A stretch of DNA of 64,000 bases from Eledone cirrhosa (lineage: Eukaryota): NCBI GenBank assembly GCA_964016885.1, contig OZ024743.1:60326001-60390000 (forward strand), read 5' to 3'. The notes beneath the pieces are model-generated. The model worked only from the letters and a program-made list of their open reading frames with translations. It searched no databases and was not told the DNA's origin. Shown piece by piece: positions 11,093-24,793 of the stretch (positions are counted from its first letter, which is position 1; each line of letters starts with the position of its first letter). The position numbers and the translations under genes are program-made.

Positions 11093-13424
11093 ATGGAAAA
11101 GCACTACCTGGATATGTCACTCAAAAACATACCAACCCAAGGTAAAAAGGAATACTTATTGAGTATGATACAAAAAACAAATGAATTCATTCGATGTGTC
11201 AGGTGGAAAACGCTCCACTATGATAGAAGCCGTATGAACTCACCATCAGAAAGTGGTGTAAACAACAAATTTGGTTTTAGAACGTGTAAAAACCCACACA
11301 CTAACCCACTATTAGATGCATTTGAGCAGGACCTTATGGACTTAATCCTTAAAATTAAATTCAAAGGACGTAACACCAACAACAAACTGCAGAAAGATAT
11401 TAAAAAACTACTGGACGACCTTAAAAACACGAAAGGAATTGTAGTAAAAGCGGACAAAACATCTAACCTGTATACTATGGACTGCACTACATATAACAAC
11501 TTCATTCGAAAAGAACTACATAAAAAATATAGAAAAACGAGTGAAGTAACCCTTAAGCACATCAATGATGAGGCATGCGAAATAGTGAAAAATCTCGGAG
11601 TCGAAGATAGGACAGGACCACTCTTACCGGCGGTACCCACCTTCAATCTTAAGGACCATAAGGTAAACTTTGATAAGGACCCTAAAATTAGACTAATCTG
11701 CCCCTCTAAATCAGATATAGGTAAAATAAGCAAATATATCTTAGATAGAATCATCCCCCAAATTAAGGCTAAGGTTAACATTAAACTCTGGGGGAAGACC
11801 CAAGAAGCAATTAGATGGTTTAATAGCATTAGTAATAAGAATAAATCTAAGTTTATCCAGTTTGATATCGATGAATATTACTCAGCGATATCACCTGAAA
11901 CTCTGAATAGAGCCATTGAGTTTGCTAAGGCTAACTCGGACCTTACAAACGAAGAAATTAAGATTATATTAGAAGCTAGGAAAACTATAGTTAAATTCGA
12001 GAACAGTTATTGGGTTCGTAAAGATAGACACTCCATCTTTGACATAACAATGGGCTCTAACGATTCGGCGGAAATAACTGATATTGTGGGGTTATTTATC
12101 GCCTTTAATCTCCAGGAAAAATTCAGTAATCTCCACGGTGGAATATACCGCGATGATGCTCTCCTCCTAGTTAAAAACCTAAATAACCAAAAACTAAAAA
12201 AACTACGCAAAGATATAAGAAAACTACTACTCGAAATAGGACTAACTATAACATATGAACACAACATTAAAGTAGTTAACTTCCTGGATGTCACACTCAA
12301 TTTAAACTCTGGTCTGATTAAACCGTTTCATAAATTGAATGAAAATCTCAAGTACGTAAATGTTGGATCTAACCACCCCATCTCTATAATTAAATCTATC
12401 TCTAAAATTATTTCCCTTAGAATCTCGGGTGTATCTTCTAACATACAAGTATTTAAGGAACACGCCGAGTACTACGATAAAGCCCTTAGTAAAGCAGGCT
12501 ACCTCAACAAAATAGAATATATAGATGAAAACAATCAAAACACCCAAAATAAATCCCACATAGCTAGAAATAATAACACAACACCAAACCACACTTACTA
12601 CCATAGTGTACACACCAGTAAACCAAGAAACAAAACTAATAGAAAGCGATGCAAAGAGTACTTATGGTATGACCCTGAATACAATAGTTCCATTAGTACA
12701 AATTTACCAGTACTCTCCTTTAAAATAGTTAGGAAACATTTTCCTACATCACACAAATACCACAAAATCCTAAACCCTACCACTATAAGACTCATACTCT
12801 ACAACGTTAAACCTTGAACAACACATAAAAAAGATCAATACTAGAAGGTTAAACGAAAACACTAAAAACTTAAGTACAAAGAACACAAAACAAACAGTAG
12901 ACAATACACTACAGAACATAAATAAACCACACCTAAGTTCGTCCGCAATACTACTCCAGAGTAAACCTAACTACAAAACCAACGTACACAACTGTAACTG
13001 CACCTATCCTGACAATTGCCTCCTCGGCAATAACTGCCTTGAAAAAAATATCATCTATAAGTGTACCATTGAATCCGGAGGCAACGAGTGGTATTACGTG
13101 GGATCAACGGCAACATCGTTTAAATCTCGATTATATAGGCATTCTTACTCAATAAAACACCAGAGCCAAAGAAATGTAACAACTTTAGCAGAAAAAGCTT
13201 GGACACTCAGGGATAGTGATCAAAAGTTTACCCTAAAATGGGAGAAATTATCTAAAACCCAAAGCTTTTCCAGGAGCCAAAATTTCTGAAAATTATGTAA
13301 TCTTGAGATTTATTACATAATCACACACAAGAAGAAATTGCTTAATAACAGAATTGAACGAACATTATTCTGCTGTCACCGAACTAAAACCCTTTTTTCC
13401 CACTACAAGCAGAATATTACATAA
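11093..13424 (+). pseudogene. PLE RT + GIY-YIG polyprotein (probably Nematis-like), with a frameshift near 12793 and TGA at 13287
   Basis: SLKNIP, IQFDIDEYYSAI, ITMGS, GIYRDDAL, NFLDVTL; downstream frame CNCTYPDNCLLGNNCL..IIYKC..YVGST..FKSRLYRH. Confidence 0.93.
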
Positions 13425-13724
13425 ACGAGGGACTTCCTCCCAACTATACAAATCCTCAATCTAGTTAGAAAAATATAAAAACAATCACTTCTCAACATAT
13501 ATATGTATTATTAATAACCTTAAATTATCACACTAATAATGGATAAATATGCTGGTGAGAATAGTTGCGAATATGCTATAATGAATGTGTCTAAAATTGA
13601 CCATATGTATGTATATATGTGAAAATGTATATAAATAAGTAAATAAGTGGGTGAGTGTATATATATATATATATATATATGTTTGATATGTATAATTAAA
13701 TGTATGTGTATTCATGTATATGTG

Positions 13725-13817
<93 letters not shown>

Positions 13818-13918
13818 GCACATAAACAGGAGTATGTATGTATATATGTGTGTGTCTATATGTGTGTATATGAAGATAAGTAGAGTATGAAAGTGTATAT
13901 ACATGAATGCGTATGTAG

Positions 13919-13955
<37 letters not shown>

Positions 13956-14379
13956 TGTATATATGTATGTAAGTATGAGCATGTAAGTATGTGTATGTGA
14001 GTGTCTGTATTCGTAGAGGTGTGCATATATGTATGTGTGTGAATGTGTATGTTTTTTTTTTAAATAAGTATATATACACATATATCTATGTGTGGGCAAA
14101 CGGATACACACACTTGAAAGAAAAATTCAAGTATGTATGTTAATTACGTGCAAACACAAAACCAACCATGCATATATTTACTATCTGTAATCCTTCTATA
14201 GATTTAGAAAAATAACCAAAGCCAAATAATGTATTCTATAAAAATGTCAAAACAACAGATGGGAATCTAATTACCCACTGCTATCAAAAATGTCTATCCA
14301 CTCCCTTAACTATTCTTCTAACAACTTCACTCCTCCCTCTTAATATTCTCTATAAAAACCAAACAAGTTCTCAATGAGA

Positions 14380-14500
14380 TTATTCTGATGAAATGATTGT
14401 TGAAAATAGCATTGAAATATTGAGTGTCTGCATAATTAATACTTTGTAGATAGCAGCTGTTTTCAGGTTATATAACTGTTATTGAAACACGTGTCAATAA
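14380..14500 (+). ncRNA. Second copy of the long-stem-II HHR (3' pLTR of PLE-1)
   Basis: Same motif as 10772-10892 with one substitution. Confidence 0.8.
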
Positions 14501-14531
14501 ATTCCTTTTACTGAACTGTATCCATTTAAAT

Positions 14532-14618
<87 letters not shown>

Positions 14619-14630
14619 AATATATGTATA

Positions 14631-14669
<39 letters not shown>

Positions 14670-14977
14670 ATACATATAAACAAGTATATATATATTTAAG
14701 CGCGATAGGGTTAGACATAATACTCACCAGCTTTAACTCAACACTCGCAGGAACATATGACAAGTCTTCTTAATGATCCTGCTAATGGGTGTATCATGAA
14801 TATTTAAATGAATATTTAAACTCTACTTCGGAATCAATTACCATTTCACAGATCAGTCAATAATACACGTATGTATATATATATATGCGTTTACAGATTG
14901 ACTTTGTTAGTTTCAGAAGATCCCGGTAAGGGTGAAAGCAGCGATTCTTTGCTTAAACTTTAATCTGTTATTTTAAT

Positions 14978-15008
<31 letters not shown>

Positions 15009-15024
15009 TGTTTACATACATATA

Positions 15025-15064
<40 letters not shown>

Positions 15065-15065
15065 G

Positions 15066-15134
<69 letters not shown>

Positions 15135-15137
<3 letters not shown>

Positions 15138-15775
15138 TGGCTGCCAACTCGTTTTCGAGTACGGCCACTACTTTACATCCATGTAGGATAACCCCTACCG
15201 AAGCGCTGAACGAGTGTGACTTTTTAGTCCAGCCAGCGACTTGAAACCTCTGGTACAAACACTACACCTGTGACAATCATTGACACATAGTGCTAGGCCC
15301 ATGGTAGGACAATTATTGACACATAGTGCTGGGCCCATGTGAGGACAAGTGCAGAGAGATCTCCAGATATAAAGCAATGCCTGTGCCGTGAAGCTTTTAT
15401 AGTGAGCAAAGGCACTGCACAAAGCCAGTCCCACTCTCTTAACCAAGATGCTATTTACCAAAAAGAAGAACAAGTCAACATCATTGGATACCATCAGGGT
15501 TGCAGGTGTTATATCAGAGTTTTCCTTCTCCTAGAATTCTGCCTTGACTAAGGCTAAAGGGGTCATCTCTCCCGGTGATTTTGGATGGCCATTGACTCTT
15601 AAGAGCTCCTTTGCCCTTTGACAGGTTTTGTTTTTAGTCCTGCAGGATGTCCAAAGTCACCCTCCTCACCAAGAAACCTTGGTGGGGTTGCCAGTTTAGT
15701 CGCCAACGACCCGACCATGAGACAGGTTGTACTGGGATACATGTTACCAGTAGCACCAACTGGTGACCTGACATA
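15135..15775 (-). mobile_element. RTE-derived non-autonomous fragment (3' tail plus UTR-like part)
   Basis: Minus ORF ends [19 protein letters not shown], resembling the C-terminal Zn-finger-like tail of RTE/BovB proteins. Confidence 0.55.
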
Positions 15776-15833
15776 TATATATATATACATACATACATAC
15801 ATACATACATACATACATACATACATACATACA

Positions 15834-15924
<91 letters not shown>

Positions 15925-15926
<2 letters not shown>

Positions 15927-16187
15927 CAAAGGAATTGTGGTAAGGAACCAGATGGACCAAAACGCACCAGAGTACTCAATACTTAGGGTAGTAGAGTGGA
16001 AAATAGGAAAAAGTATGACCCCTACGGCAAGGTTCTGTTCTGTCGGCTATGTCTAAGCGATTGACTGTCTTAAGGCCCTCACTATTAATGTTATCAATGG
16101 TAGACTTATCCGTTTTTCTATATTTCGTATTCAGTTACTTAACTATAAAGTTCCTGTAAGTATCAATGTTTAGGGAGTATATATTGC
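15925..16187 (-). mobile_element. pLTR family C fused to an inverted copy of PLE ORF segment 17988-18145
   Basis: 15925-16028 is the reverse complement of ~23838-23938; 16030-16187 is the reverse complement of 17988-18145. Confidence 0.8.
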
Positions 16188-16445
16188 TTAATATTACAGA
16201 TTGAATTAACATTTTTGCATGGTAATATAAAAGTACATGTGTCCAAGTGTATGAATATTGAAGTTATTCTAGATGTCTGAATAATAGATTATGTTAATGT
16301 GTGAGAATGAGATCGTTACCTACAACTGTAACCTGGAGGAGTACTTGCAATTATATATATATATATTTATTACATACGTATATATATATATAAGTGTACG
16401 TGCGTTCCCTGTTTTCATATATATATATATGTATATATATGTATG

Positions 16446-16495
<50 letters not shown>

Positions 16496-16528
16496 CACAC
16501 ACGCGCACACGCACGCACACACACACAG

Positions 16529-16593
<65 letters not shown>

Positions 16594-17334
16594 CGTATAT
16601 ATCTATACATATAACACATACATCTATGCATATTTATGTATATGTACATACACACACACTCAACCCAATATATATATATATATATATATAAGGTAGGAGG
16701 TGAGTTTATTGTAGCTCAATAAAGCAATGCAAATATCGTGCTCGTATTAAACCTATTATTTACTTTTTCCTATTGCAGTACATAGAAACAAACTTGGACC
16801 CTAACTAATTCCTCTAAGTTCATAATTCATTTAACCTTTTCTTCATACACCTTATCTCCTTAATATATTTTATTTTAATAATATATTTTAAATTCCTTTT
16901 CGCACATAGTATTAAACTTCAATATATAAACCTTAAATAAATAGTATTTTTAATTCCTTTTTCTTTGATCATAACCATCACCATTCATAAACCTCATTAA
17001 CTTTTAATTTCTATTTTTTCTTTAAATTATGTATTACCTTACAACGGTTTTAAATTTCTCTCTGTGAGCCAGTGTTATTCAGTATTAAAGGGTATCTCTC
17101 TCTCTCTCTCACTCATTTTCTCCTCCTCTCTCATCCTTCCTTCTTATACTCCTCCTCCGTCATCCTGTCCTTATTATTATATATGTTTTTCTTATTATAT
17201 TATTTCTTCCTCTTCCTTACCTTTTCCTTCCACCCTTCCTTTCCTTTATTTTCCCAATCTCATATATCCATCTTATTTTATTTTTCATATGTTGATTTAA
17301 CAATTGTTTTTTTAAGCTTCATATAATGTCTCCC

Positions 17335-17405
17335 TATTTTATCTGATGAGAACGCAATTATAATCCCATGATGATATTTGTTTTTGAAATGCGCATAATA
17401 AAATA
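17335..17405 (+). ncRNA. Type I HHR motif in a solo pLTR (~16690-17445)
   Basis: tattttat-CTGATGA-stem II-GAAAT-GCGC-ATA-ataaaata: perfect 8-bp stem I and palindromic stem III. Confidence 0.8.
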
Positions 17406-17440
17406 CATGGAACTCTTTTAACCATCTTTTGATTTTATGT

Positions 17441-17499
<59 letters not shown>

Positions 17500-17500
<1 letters not shown>

Positions 17501-17885
17501 CAGAAGGGATATTCAATTTGTTGGTAATTCAACCAATATAAATGTTTATAACTGATTCAGAGCACTCAACAGTTTTCTGGAGTATAATATATAATGATAT
17601 TAAACAAATGGAAACTATATTTATAAAACCATATTTATTCTTTTATATATATTTCAAGGGTACCAAACTTTTGGTACGCTACCATCAGATAAAATACGAA
17701 GTGTGTTTTATAAATTTAGACATAACCAAGGAAAATATACCTTAACGGTTCAAGTTATCCTTCGTTATCTCAAAATTTATAAAACACACTTCGTATTTTA
17801 TCTGATGGTAGCGTACCAAAATTTTGGTACCCTTGAAATATATATAATAGAATAAATATGGTTTTATAAATATAGTTTCCATCTA
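17500..17885. repeat. Inverted pair of family-A pLTR fragments (CTGATGG variant HHR)
   Basis: ~17608-17717 is complementary to ~17773-17882. Confidence 0.85.
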
Positions 17886-17987
17886 TCTAATATCAATGTA
17901 TATATAGATATATAAGAAAAAGTATGACCCCGACGGCAGAGCTCAAGCCGTTTCGACGGCTATTTCTGGACTGTCGAAACGGTTTGA

Positions 17988-20759
17988 GCAATATATACTC
18001 CCTAAACATTGATACTTACAGGAACTTTATAGTTAAGGAACTGAATAAGAAATATAGAAAAACGGATAAGTCTACCATTGATAACATTAATAGTGAAGGC
18101 CTTAAGACAGTCAATCGATTAGACATAGCCGACAGAACAGAACCTTTGGTACCTGGTTTCCAACTTTTAATTTGAAAGAACACAAGGACAACTTTGAAAC
18201 TAACCCCTCTGATAGACTCATATACTCTAAATCTGAAATAGGGCGCATCAGTAAGTATATTCTAGATAGGGTACTAAAGCAAATAAGAAAAAACAGACTG
18301 TCTTTGAAACTCTGGCGCAATACCGGAGACGCTATCAACTGGTTCACTAATTTAGAAGATAAATCCACTTATAATTTCATTCAGTTTGACATAGATCATT
18401 ATTCTTCATCAATTCCTCAAGTCCTTCTCAATAAAGCCCTATATTCGCCATACACAATTCCAAATTAACTAGAAATAAAGCCGATATAATTGTAATTGCT
18501 ATACGTTCAATCATAATGTTTGAAAACGAATGCTGGAAATGTAAGGGTAGACAAAACGACTTCGATATAACTATGGGTTCGAATGACTCGGCCCAAGTTA
18601 CGGACCTTGTAAGAACATCTCTCATGCACAATTTACAACTTGGATTCCCTGACCCCTAAGGAGGAATATATAGAGATGATGCTCTCCTTCTCGTTAAGCA
18701 CTTCAATGGTCAACAATTGGAAAGAAGAAGGAAAGCTATTAGAACTTTCCTTCAACGCATGGGCCTTAAAATATCTTTTGACCATAACCTTAAACGCATC
18801 AACTTTTTATATGTGACTCTCGACCTTAACTCTGGCATATACTAACCCTTCCATAAATCTCATGATAACTTAATGTATGTTAATCTTTGGTCTAACCATC
18901 CTAGGACTATCACTAGCTCCATTGTTAAACATATATCCCTTAGGATCTCCAGATTGTCGCCTGTGAATCCTCTTCCAACACACGCTTGGACTACTACAAC
19001 ACTGCACTACTTAGGGCCGGTTATGATGAACCACTAATCTTTCTTCCAGATACACCATGCAGAGGAAAATCCAACCATACCAATAGGAAAACATCAGAAG
19101 CAAATTTAAATGGCAACGGCTCAAAACCCCACAGTGGCGAGACAAATAATAATACTGCAAATAAGGAAATACGAAGGAGGTCCCGCACAAAATCACACCT
19201 ATGGTATAACCCCCCAAACAACGATCTGGTAACTACTAAGCTATCATATCTCTTCTTCAAACTTATAGGCGAACACTTTCCTCTTACATACAAATTCTAT
19301 AGAATGATAAATAGAGACACGATCCGACTAACCTATTCCACCACAGAACACTGTTTCTATTTTTGGCACAAAGCCAGCAATTATCCAGTGCATTACTGGT
19401 ACTTTATTTTATCGACCCCGTAAGGGTGAAAGCAATGTGAACCATGATGGGATTTGAACTCATATAACCTGGGCAATTTCATCATGAAATTGAATAACAA
19501 ACGCCTCCGCAGGTATGGCAATACCAAATCCAACGGAAACCCGGACACAATCTGAATCCTCAGCAACATCCTCAGCCTCAAAGACTGAGCAGCCCGGCAC
19601 CAGCAAATACCAACGTCTCTTCCACTTTACACGCATATCCGGAGCAACAACAAAATACCCGGAATAATACCCCCAACACTGGAACCAGGGAAAAAACCAC
19701 TCACTATACACGGATAAACTGCAACTGCAGAAATTCCAGCAATTGTCCTCTATCGGTTAAATGCTTGTAAAAAAATATAATTTATCACTGTGTAGTAAAA
19801 TCTAAACTGAGGATATATAATATGTGGGTTCCATTTCGAATTATTTCAAGAAAAGATGGCATGTGGACAGCCACACGTTTAAAAAACTCATGTTTAGCTA
19901 GATCTACGGCCCTAGCGAATAAAATCTGGGATCTGAAACACGCTAATATTGAATACACACTATAATGGTCCGTGTTAAAATTCGCCCATTCATACCCAAA
20001 TTAAAGATGCCCCTGTGAACTATGTTTGGTGGAGATAATTGAAATAGTGACCGGAAAGAACCTTCTAAATTCCCGGCACGATAGGATATTTAATTTCAAA
20101 CACAAGGTTCTAAAAACCTTCGCTAAATACAAACTGGACTAGATTAAGATTCGATGCCTAATAACTAGCTTTTACTTCATCACATTTAGTACATTTCCTG
20201 TGACATTTGAACATTTCACATCCAATGGATTCAGTTATATTCAAAACAATCCCATTCTTTAAATTCCTTCCTTTTTTACCCTCTCCAGCCTACTGTTAAC
20301 CACTACTCTCTCTTTCTCTATCCCTCTCTTTATACCTTCTCTACCCTCATATATGGTAAACGGGAAAACCTTCACCTATACCAATGGTCATAGAATAATT
20401 GTTCCAAATCACAACACACTGATTGATAGTGTGAAACTCTTTACCCCCACTCCCTCCCCTCTCTACTATTACACTAACTGGCTGTAATTCATTCTATCTT
20501 TTAACTGATTTACGTTTTCCTAAACGAAAATACCATTACTGAATTCTACCACGTGGTGAATAGTTGAATTCCACTACTATAAGATTTCTGATTAAGTGTA
20601 ATAAACAATTAAGTATATATATTATAGCCAGCATATGTAGACAATTATAATAGACACAGAAATATTTGTCAAAGCAAATGAATCCATAATATTTTCCGGC
20701 ACACCTTTTATTTGTCTTAGTGCAATACTTCGATTTCTAAGCACTAAGCCATGCACATG

Positions 20760-20760
<1 letters not shown>
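17988..20760 (+). mobile_element. PLE-D: 5'-truncated decayed PLE (same clade as PLE-1/2) with a degenerate HHR at ~20585-20675
   Basis: KEHKDNFETNP..SKSEIGRISKYILDR, FIQFDIDHY, ITMGSNDSAQV, GIYRDDAL, CNCRNSSNCPL; many stops. Confidence 0.9.
19350..19462 (-). mobile_element. Truncated tRNA-derived SINE (Meta-domain type) inserted in PLE-D
   Basis: ggcacaaagccagcaatt..ggtactttattttatcgacccc..gggatttgaactca; same family as 57115, 57405 and 62156. Confidence 0.85.
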
Positions 20761-20786
<26 letters not shown>

Positions 20787-20792
<6 letters not shown>

Positions 20793-22351
20793 GTGATGTT
20801 TTTTTTTTACAAATTGAAAAATAACCGGTGTCCTACACGAGTGAAATTATAAAGAAAAAGAGATGAAATCGAAAATGCAACTGGAGTCTTATGTTTTTAA
20901 AAAAATATATATATTTATTTGGTTCCTTTACCGGTTTCGCAGTTCTTCTGCTTTTCAAAAGGTGAGTTGAGATGGAGGGTCTGTGGTTTTTCTCACATAT
21001 GGTTGGTCTCTGAATGTTACTTGTTTTATATGGAAAAAGTGGCTCGAAATGCCAGGTTTTTCGAGAAGTAATTTGATTGGTTTGTCAATAATTATAATAA
21101 ATTTCGCGCCAGTTCGCGTTACAATAGTTCTTCAAATAAGAGGGGGGGGTTCACAGGTTGTTTTTTTCATATATGAGTGTTTGAATTTCTTTTTACTTGA
21201 AAAAAGGGGCTCACGAAGGCTTTTTTTTGGTTGGTTATAAATGATATTATGGCTGTCACGTGAACAAGTTTTCATTAAATTTTCGTGCCTTTATTTGGAA
21301 ATCCATTCTGTAGCCTTTTTAGAGAATTTTATGATAAGTGAAATGATAAGACGAACATTCCTTTTAAACTAGCAAGAAGAATTTGCACAATTGTCTCCAA
21401 TTATGAAACGCGAAATAAAAGACTTCAAGAATTAAAGGAAATTCTACTCGAGAGAGAGTACCTACTATTACTAATAAATAATGGAATAGAAAGGGCTAAA
21501 GCAATAGGCATTGATGAATTACGGAAACAGAAACAAATTCAAGGTACGTCCAATATTCTATCATATATCTCAACACACAACCCAAGAAATGCGGAAGCTT
21601 ACAACACTATTCACAAGAACATCCCACTACTAAAACAAAACCCAAGAATGAAAAAAGCCCTTGAAACACACAAAATAATCAAAAGCAAAAGACAACCAAA
21701 ATCACTGAAAACAGTACTCACCAATGCCAAATTACCTACCACAAACCCACAACCAAGTGTAAAAAAATGTGGTCGCTCTAATTGTGGAACCTGCTCTCAC
21801 CTCATTGAAGGAAACACGTATACATTTAAATCAGGACAAAATTTTACTGTAAAAAATCACTTCACTTGCTCATCAAAAAATCTACTTTATGCCATTAAAT
21901 GTAAAGGACGCAATGAAGATTATATAGGACAAACTAAACTCACACTCAGAAACAGAATGACAGTTCATCGCCAACAATTACGAGATCCAACCACGAGACA
22001 GATACCACTAAGTACACATCTAGACATTTGCGCAAGTAATCAGACACCCAAATTCCAAGTCTTCCCATTTTACCTTTGCGCTAACAATACAACAGAACAA
22101 ATACGAATAAATAAGGAAAATATGTTTATTCAAAAATATAGACCAGCATTAAATATGGTTTAATATACATTATGTCAACACCATAATATGACATACACAC
22201 ACACACACATAACACCTTCTACTTTAGAAAATAAAAACCCGAACTAAATAAACCTTAACATACGTTTGCACTGACAATACAACAGAACAAATACGAATAA
22301 GTAAGGAAAATATGTTCATTCAAAAATATTCCTACTAAAGGAATCATTTTC

Positions 22352-22386
<35 letters not shown>

Positions 22387-22648
22387 ATATATATTTATAT
22401 ATTCTCTTCATCTTAACATGCTAACCATACTCCCACACACATAACACCCATACACACACATAAGAACCCCCACACCCACAACTCCCTCCCCCATTTCTAC
22501 TAATAGAACCACTTTCCTACACACATATATACACACACACAAAATATATATTCTCTCCATCTTAACATACTCGCACACACACACATGACACCCATATACA
22601 CACACACACAACTCCCTCCCCCATTTTTACTAATAGAAACATCTTCCA

Positions 22649-22736
<88 letters not shown>

Positions 22737-23690
22737 GCACACAAATAAACATACATATCTTTACTTCAATAGAAAATCTGAACTCTGACACCCCAGCGAA
22801 CTAACCATTTTCACTGAACCAGAACAATTCTCCCAACCCCATTTCTCTTGACCACAATCTTTCCCTTGTCATAACATTCTCTATGAAGGCTACAGAATAG
22901 ATTTCCAAATAAGGGCGCGAAAATGTAATGAAAACTTGTTCACGTGACAGCCAGGTTTCATTTGTAGCCAATCAAATCACGTTTATTAAAAAAAGCCTCC
23001 GTGAGCCACCTTTCTTTTAAGTAAAGAAATTCAAACACACACAACACAAACACACACACAACACACACAAGCACACAAATAAACATACCTATCTTTACTT
23101 TCTTTATTCAATAGAAAATCTGAATTCTGACACCCCAGCGAACTAACCATATTCACTGAACCAGAACAATTCTCCCATCACTTTCTCTTGACCATTATCT
23201 TTCACTTATCATAACATTCTCTAAAAAGGCTACAGAATGGATTTCCAAATAAGGGCGCGAAAATTTAATGAAAACTTGTTAACGTGACAGCCAAAACTTC
23301 ATTTATAACCAACCAAAAAAAAGCCTTCGTGAGCCCCTTTTTTCAAGTAAAAAGAAATTCAAACACTCATATATGAAAAAACAACCTGTGACAACCTCCC
23401 CCCTCTTATTTGAAGAACTATTGTAACGCGAACTGACGCGAAATTTATTATAATTATTGACAAACCAATCAAATTACTTCTCGAAAAACCTGGCATTTCG
23501 AGCCACTTTTTCCATACAATACAAGTAACATTCAGAAGCCAACCATATGTGATAAAAACCACAGACCCTCCATCTCAACTCACCTTTTGAAAAGCAGAAG
23601 AACTGCGAAACCGGTAAAGGAACCAAATAAATATATATATTTTTTTAAAAACATAAGACTCCAGTTGCATTTTCGATTTCATCTCTTTTT

Positions 23691-23695
<5 letters not shown>
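20787..23695 (+). mobile_element. 5'-truncated Neptune-like PLE with inverted pLTR (20787-~21345, minus) and internally duplicated 3' UTR
   Basis: NIPFKLARRICTIV at ~21355. ORF 21648-22163 contains CGRSNCGTC, FTCSSKNLLYAIKC..YIGQT..RNRMTVHR (GIY-YIG). 20787-21345 is complementary to 23200-23695. Confidence 0.92.
23583..23620 (+). ncRNA. Minimal HHR with U3-A8 core (also 3799-3836 + and 20925-20962 -)
   Basis: cctt-TTGAAAA-gcag-aagaa-ctgc-GAAAC-CG-GTA-aagg. Confidence 0.75.
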
Positions 23696-23750
<55 letters not shown>

Positions 23751-23761
23751 AATATAAATAT

Positions 23762-23793
<32 letters not shown>

Positions 23794-24028
23794 AGGAACG
23801 AGTAGGACCCCGACGGCTGAGCTCAAGCCTTTTCGACAGGGTCCTACTCGTTCCTGTTACCCACTATACTACCCTGAGTATTGAGTACTTTGGTGCGTTA
23901 TGGTCCATCTGGTTCCTTACCACATTTCCTTCGTTATATATATATATATAATGTATATATATATATATACATGTATATATATATATATATATGCATGTAT
24001 ATATTAATATTTACATATATATATACAC

Positions 24029-24122
<94 letters not shown>

Positions 24123-24242
24123 CTGTTTATATATATGTAACTATATATATATACATACACATATACATATATAAAATTTATATACATATATATATATGTA
24201 TACATAGATATATATTTTTTATATGTATATATATATATATAT

Positions 24243-24273
<31 letters not shown>

Positions 24274-24758
24274 CAATATTAAATAAATGGAAAACTATAT
24301 TTATAAAACCATATTTATTTCATTATATATATTTCGGGGATATCATATTAACAATATGCTATGCCTTCATCAGACAAAATACAATATAAACAGTTTTATA
24401 GATAAATATATTCGACATACCGTAATAAACATCAACATCATTTGAAGAGGTTCACTCTAGCAGTGAAAATACAGAGAGAAAGAAAGAGAGAGAGAAAAGA
24501 GGGAAATAGGAAAGAAAGAAAGACAAAACGAAGAAAAGGAAGAAAAAGAAGAAAAAGAAAAAGAAAAAGAAGAAATGCATGGGACAAAATAGAGAGATGG
24601 AAAAATAGATAAAGCGAAGAGCTTCATGTAAAGAGACAGAAAGAGATATATATATATATAGAGAGAGAGAGGAAGTAGAGATAGATACATATATAAATAT
24701 AGATATAGAAAAATTAGGTAGTGGGAGGTCATTTTGAGTAAGTGTATCAATGATGCAT

Positions 24759-24793
<35 letters not shown>

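Larger units (their letters stand above)
10525..14536 (+). mobile_element. PLE-1: full-length PLE with direct pLTRs (~10525-10926 and ~14133-14536)
   Basis: ~400-bp near-identical direct repeats flank an RT-GIY-YIG ORF; both ends abut (TA)n; one HHR in each repeat. Confidence 0.93.

Noticed and set aside
13533-16696. Many ORFs rich in YI/HT/CV/SL/RE repeats here and throughout the window
   Set aside because: Translations of (TA)n, (CA)n and (CT)n microsatellites; not genes.
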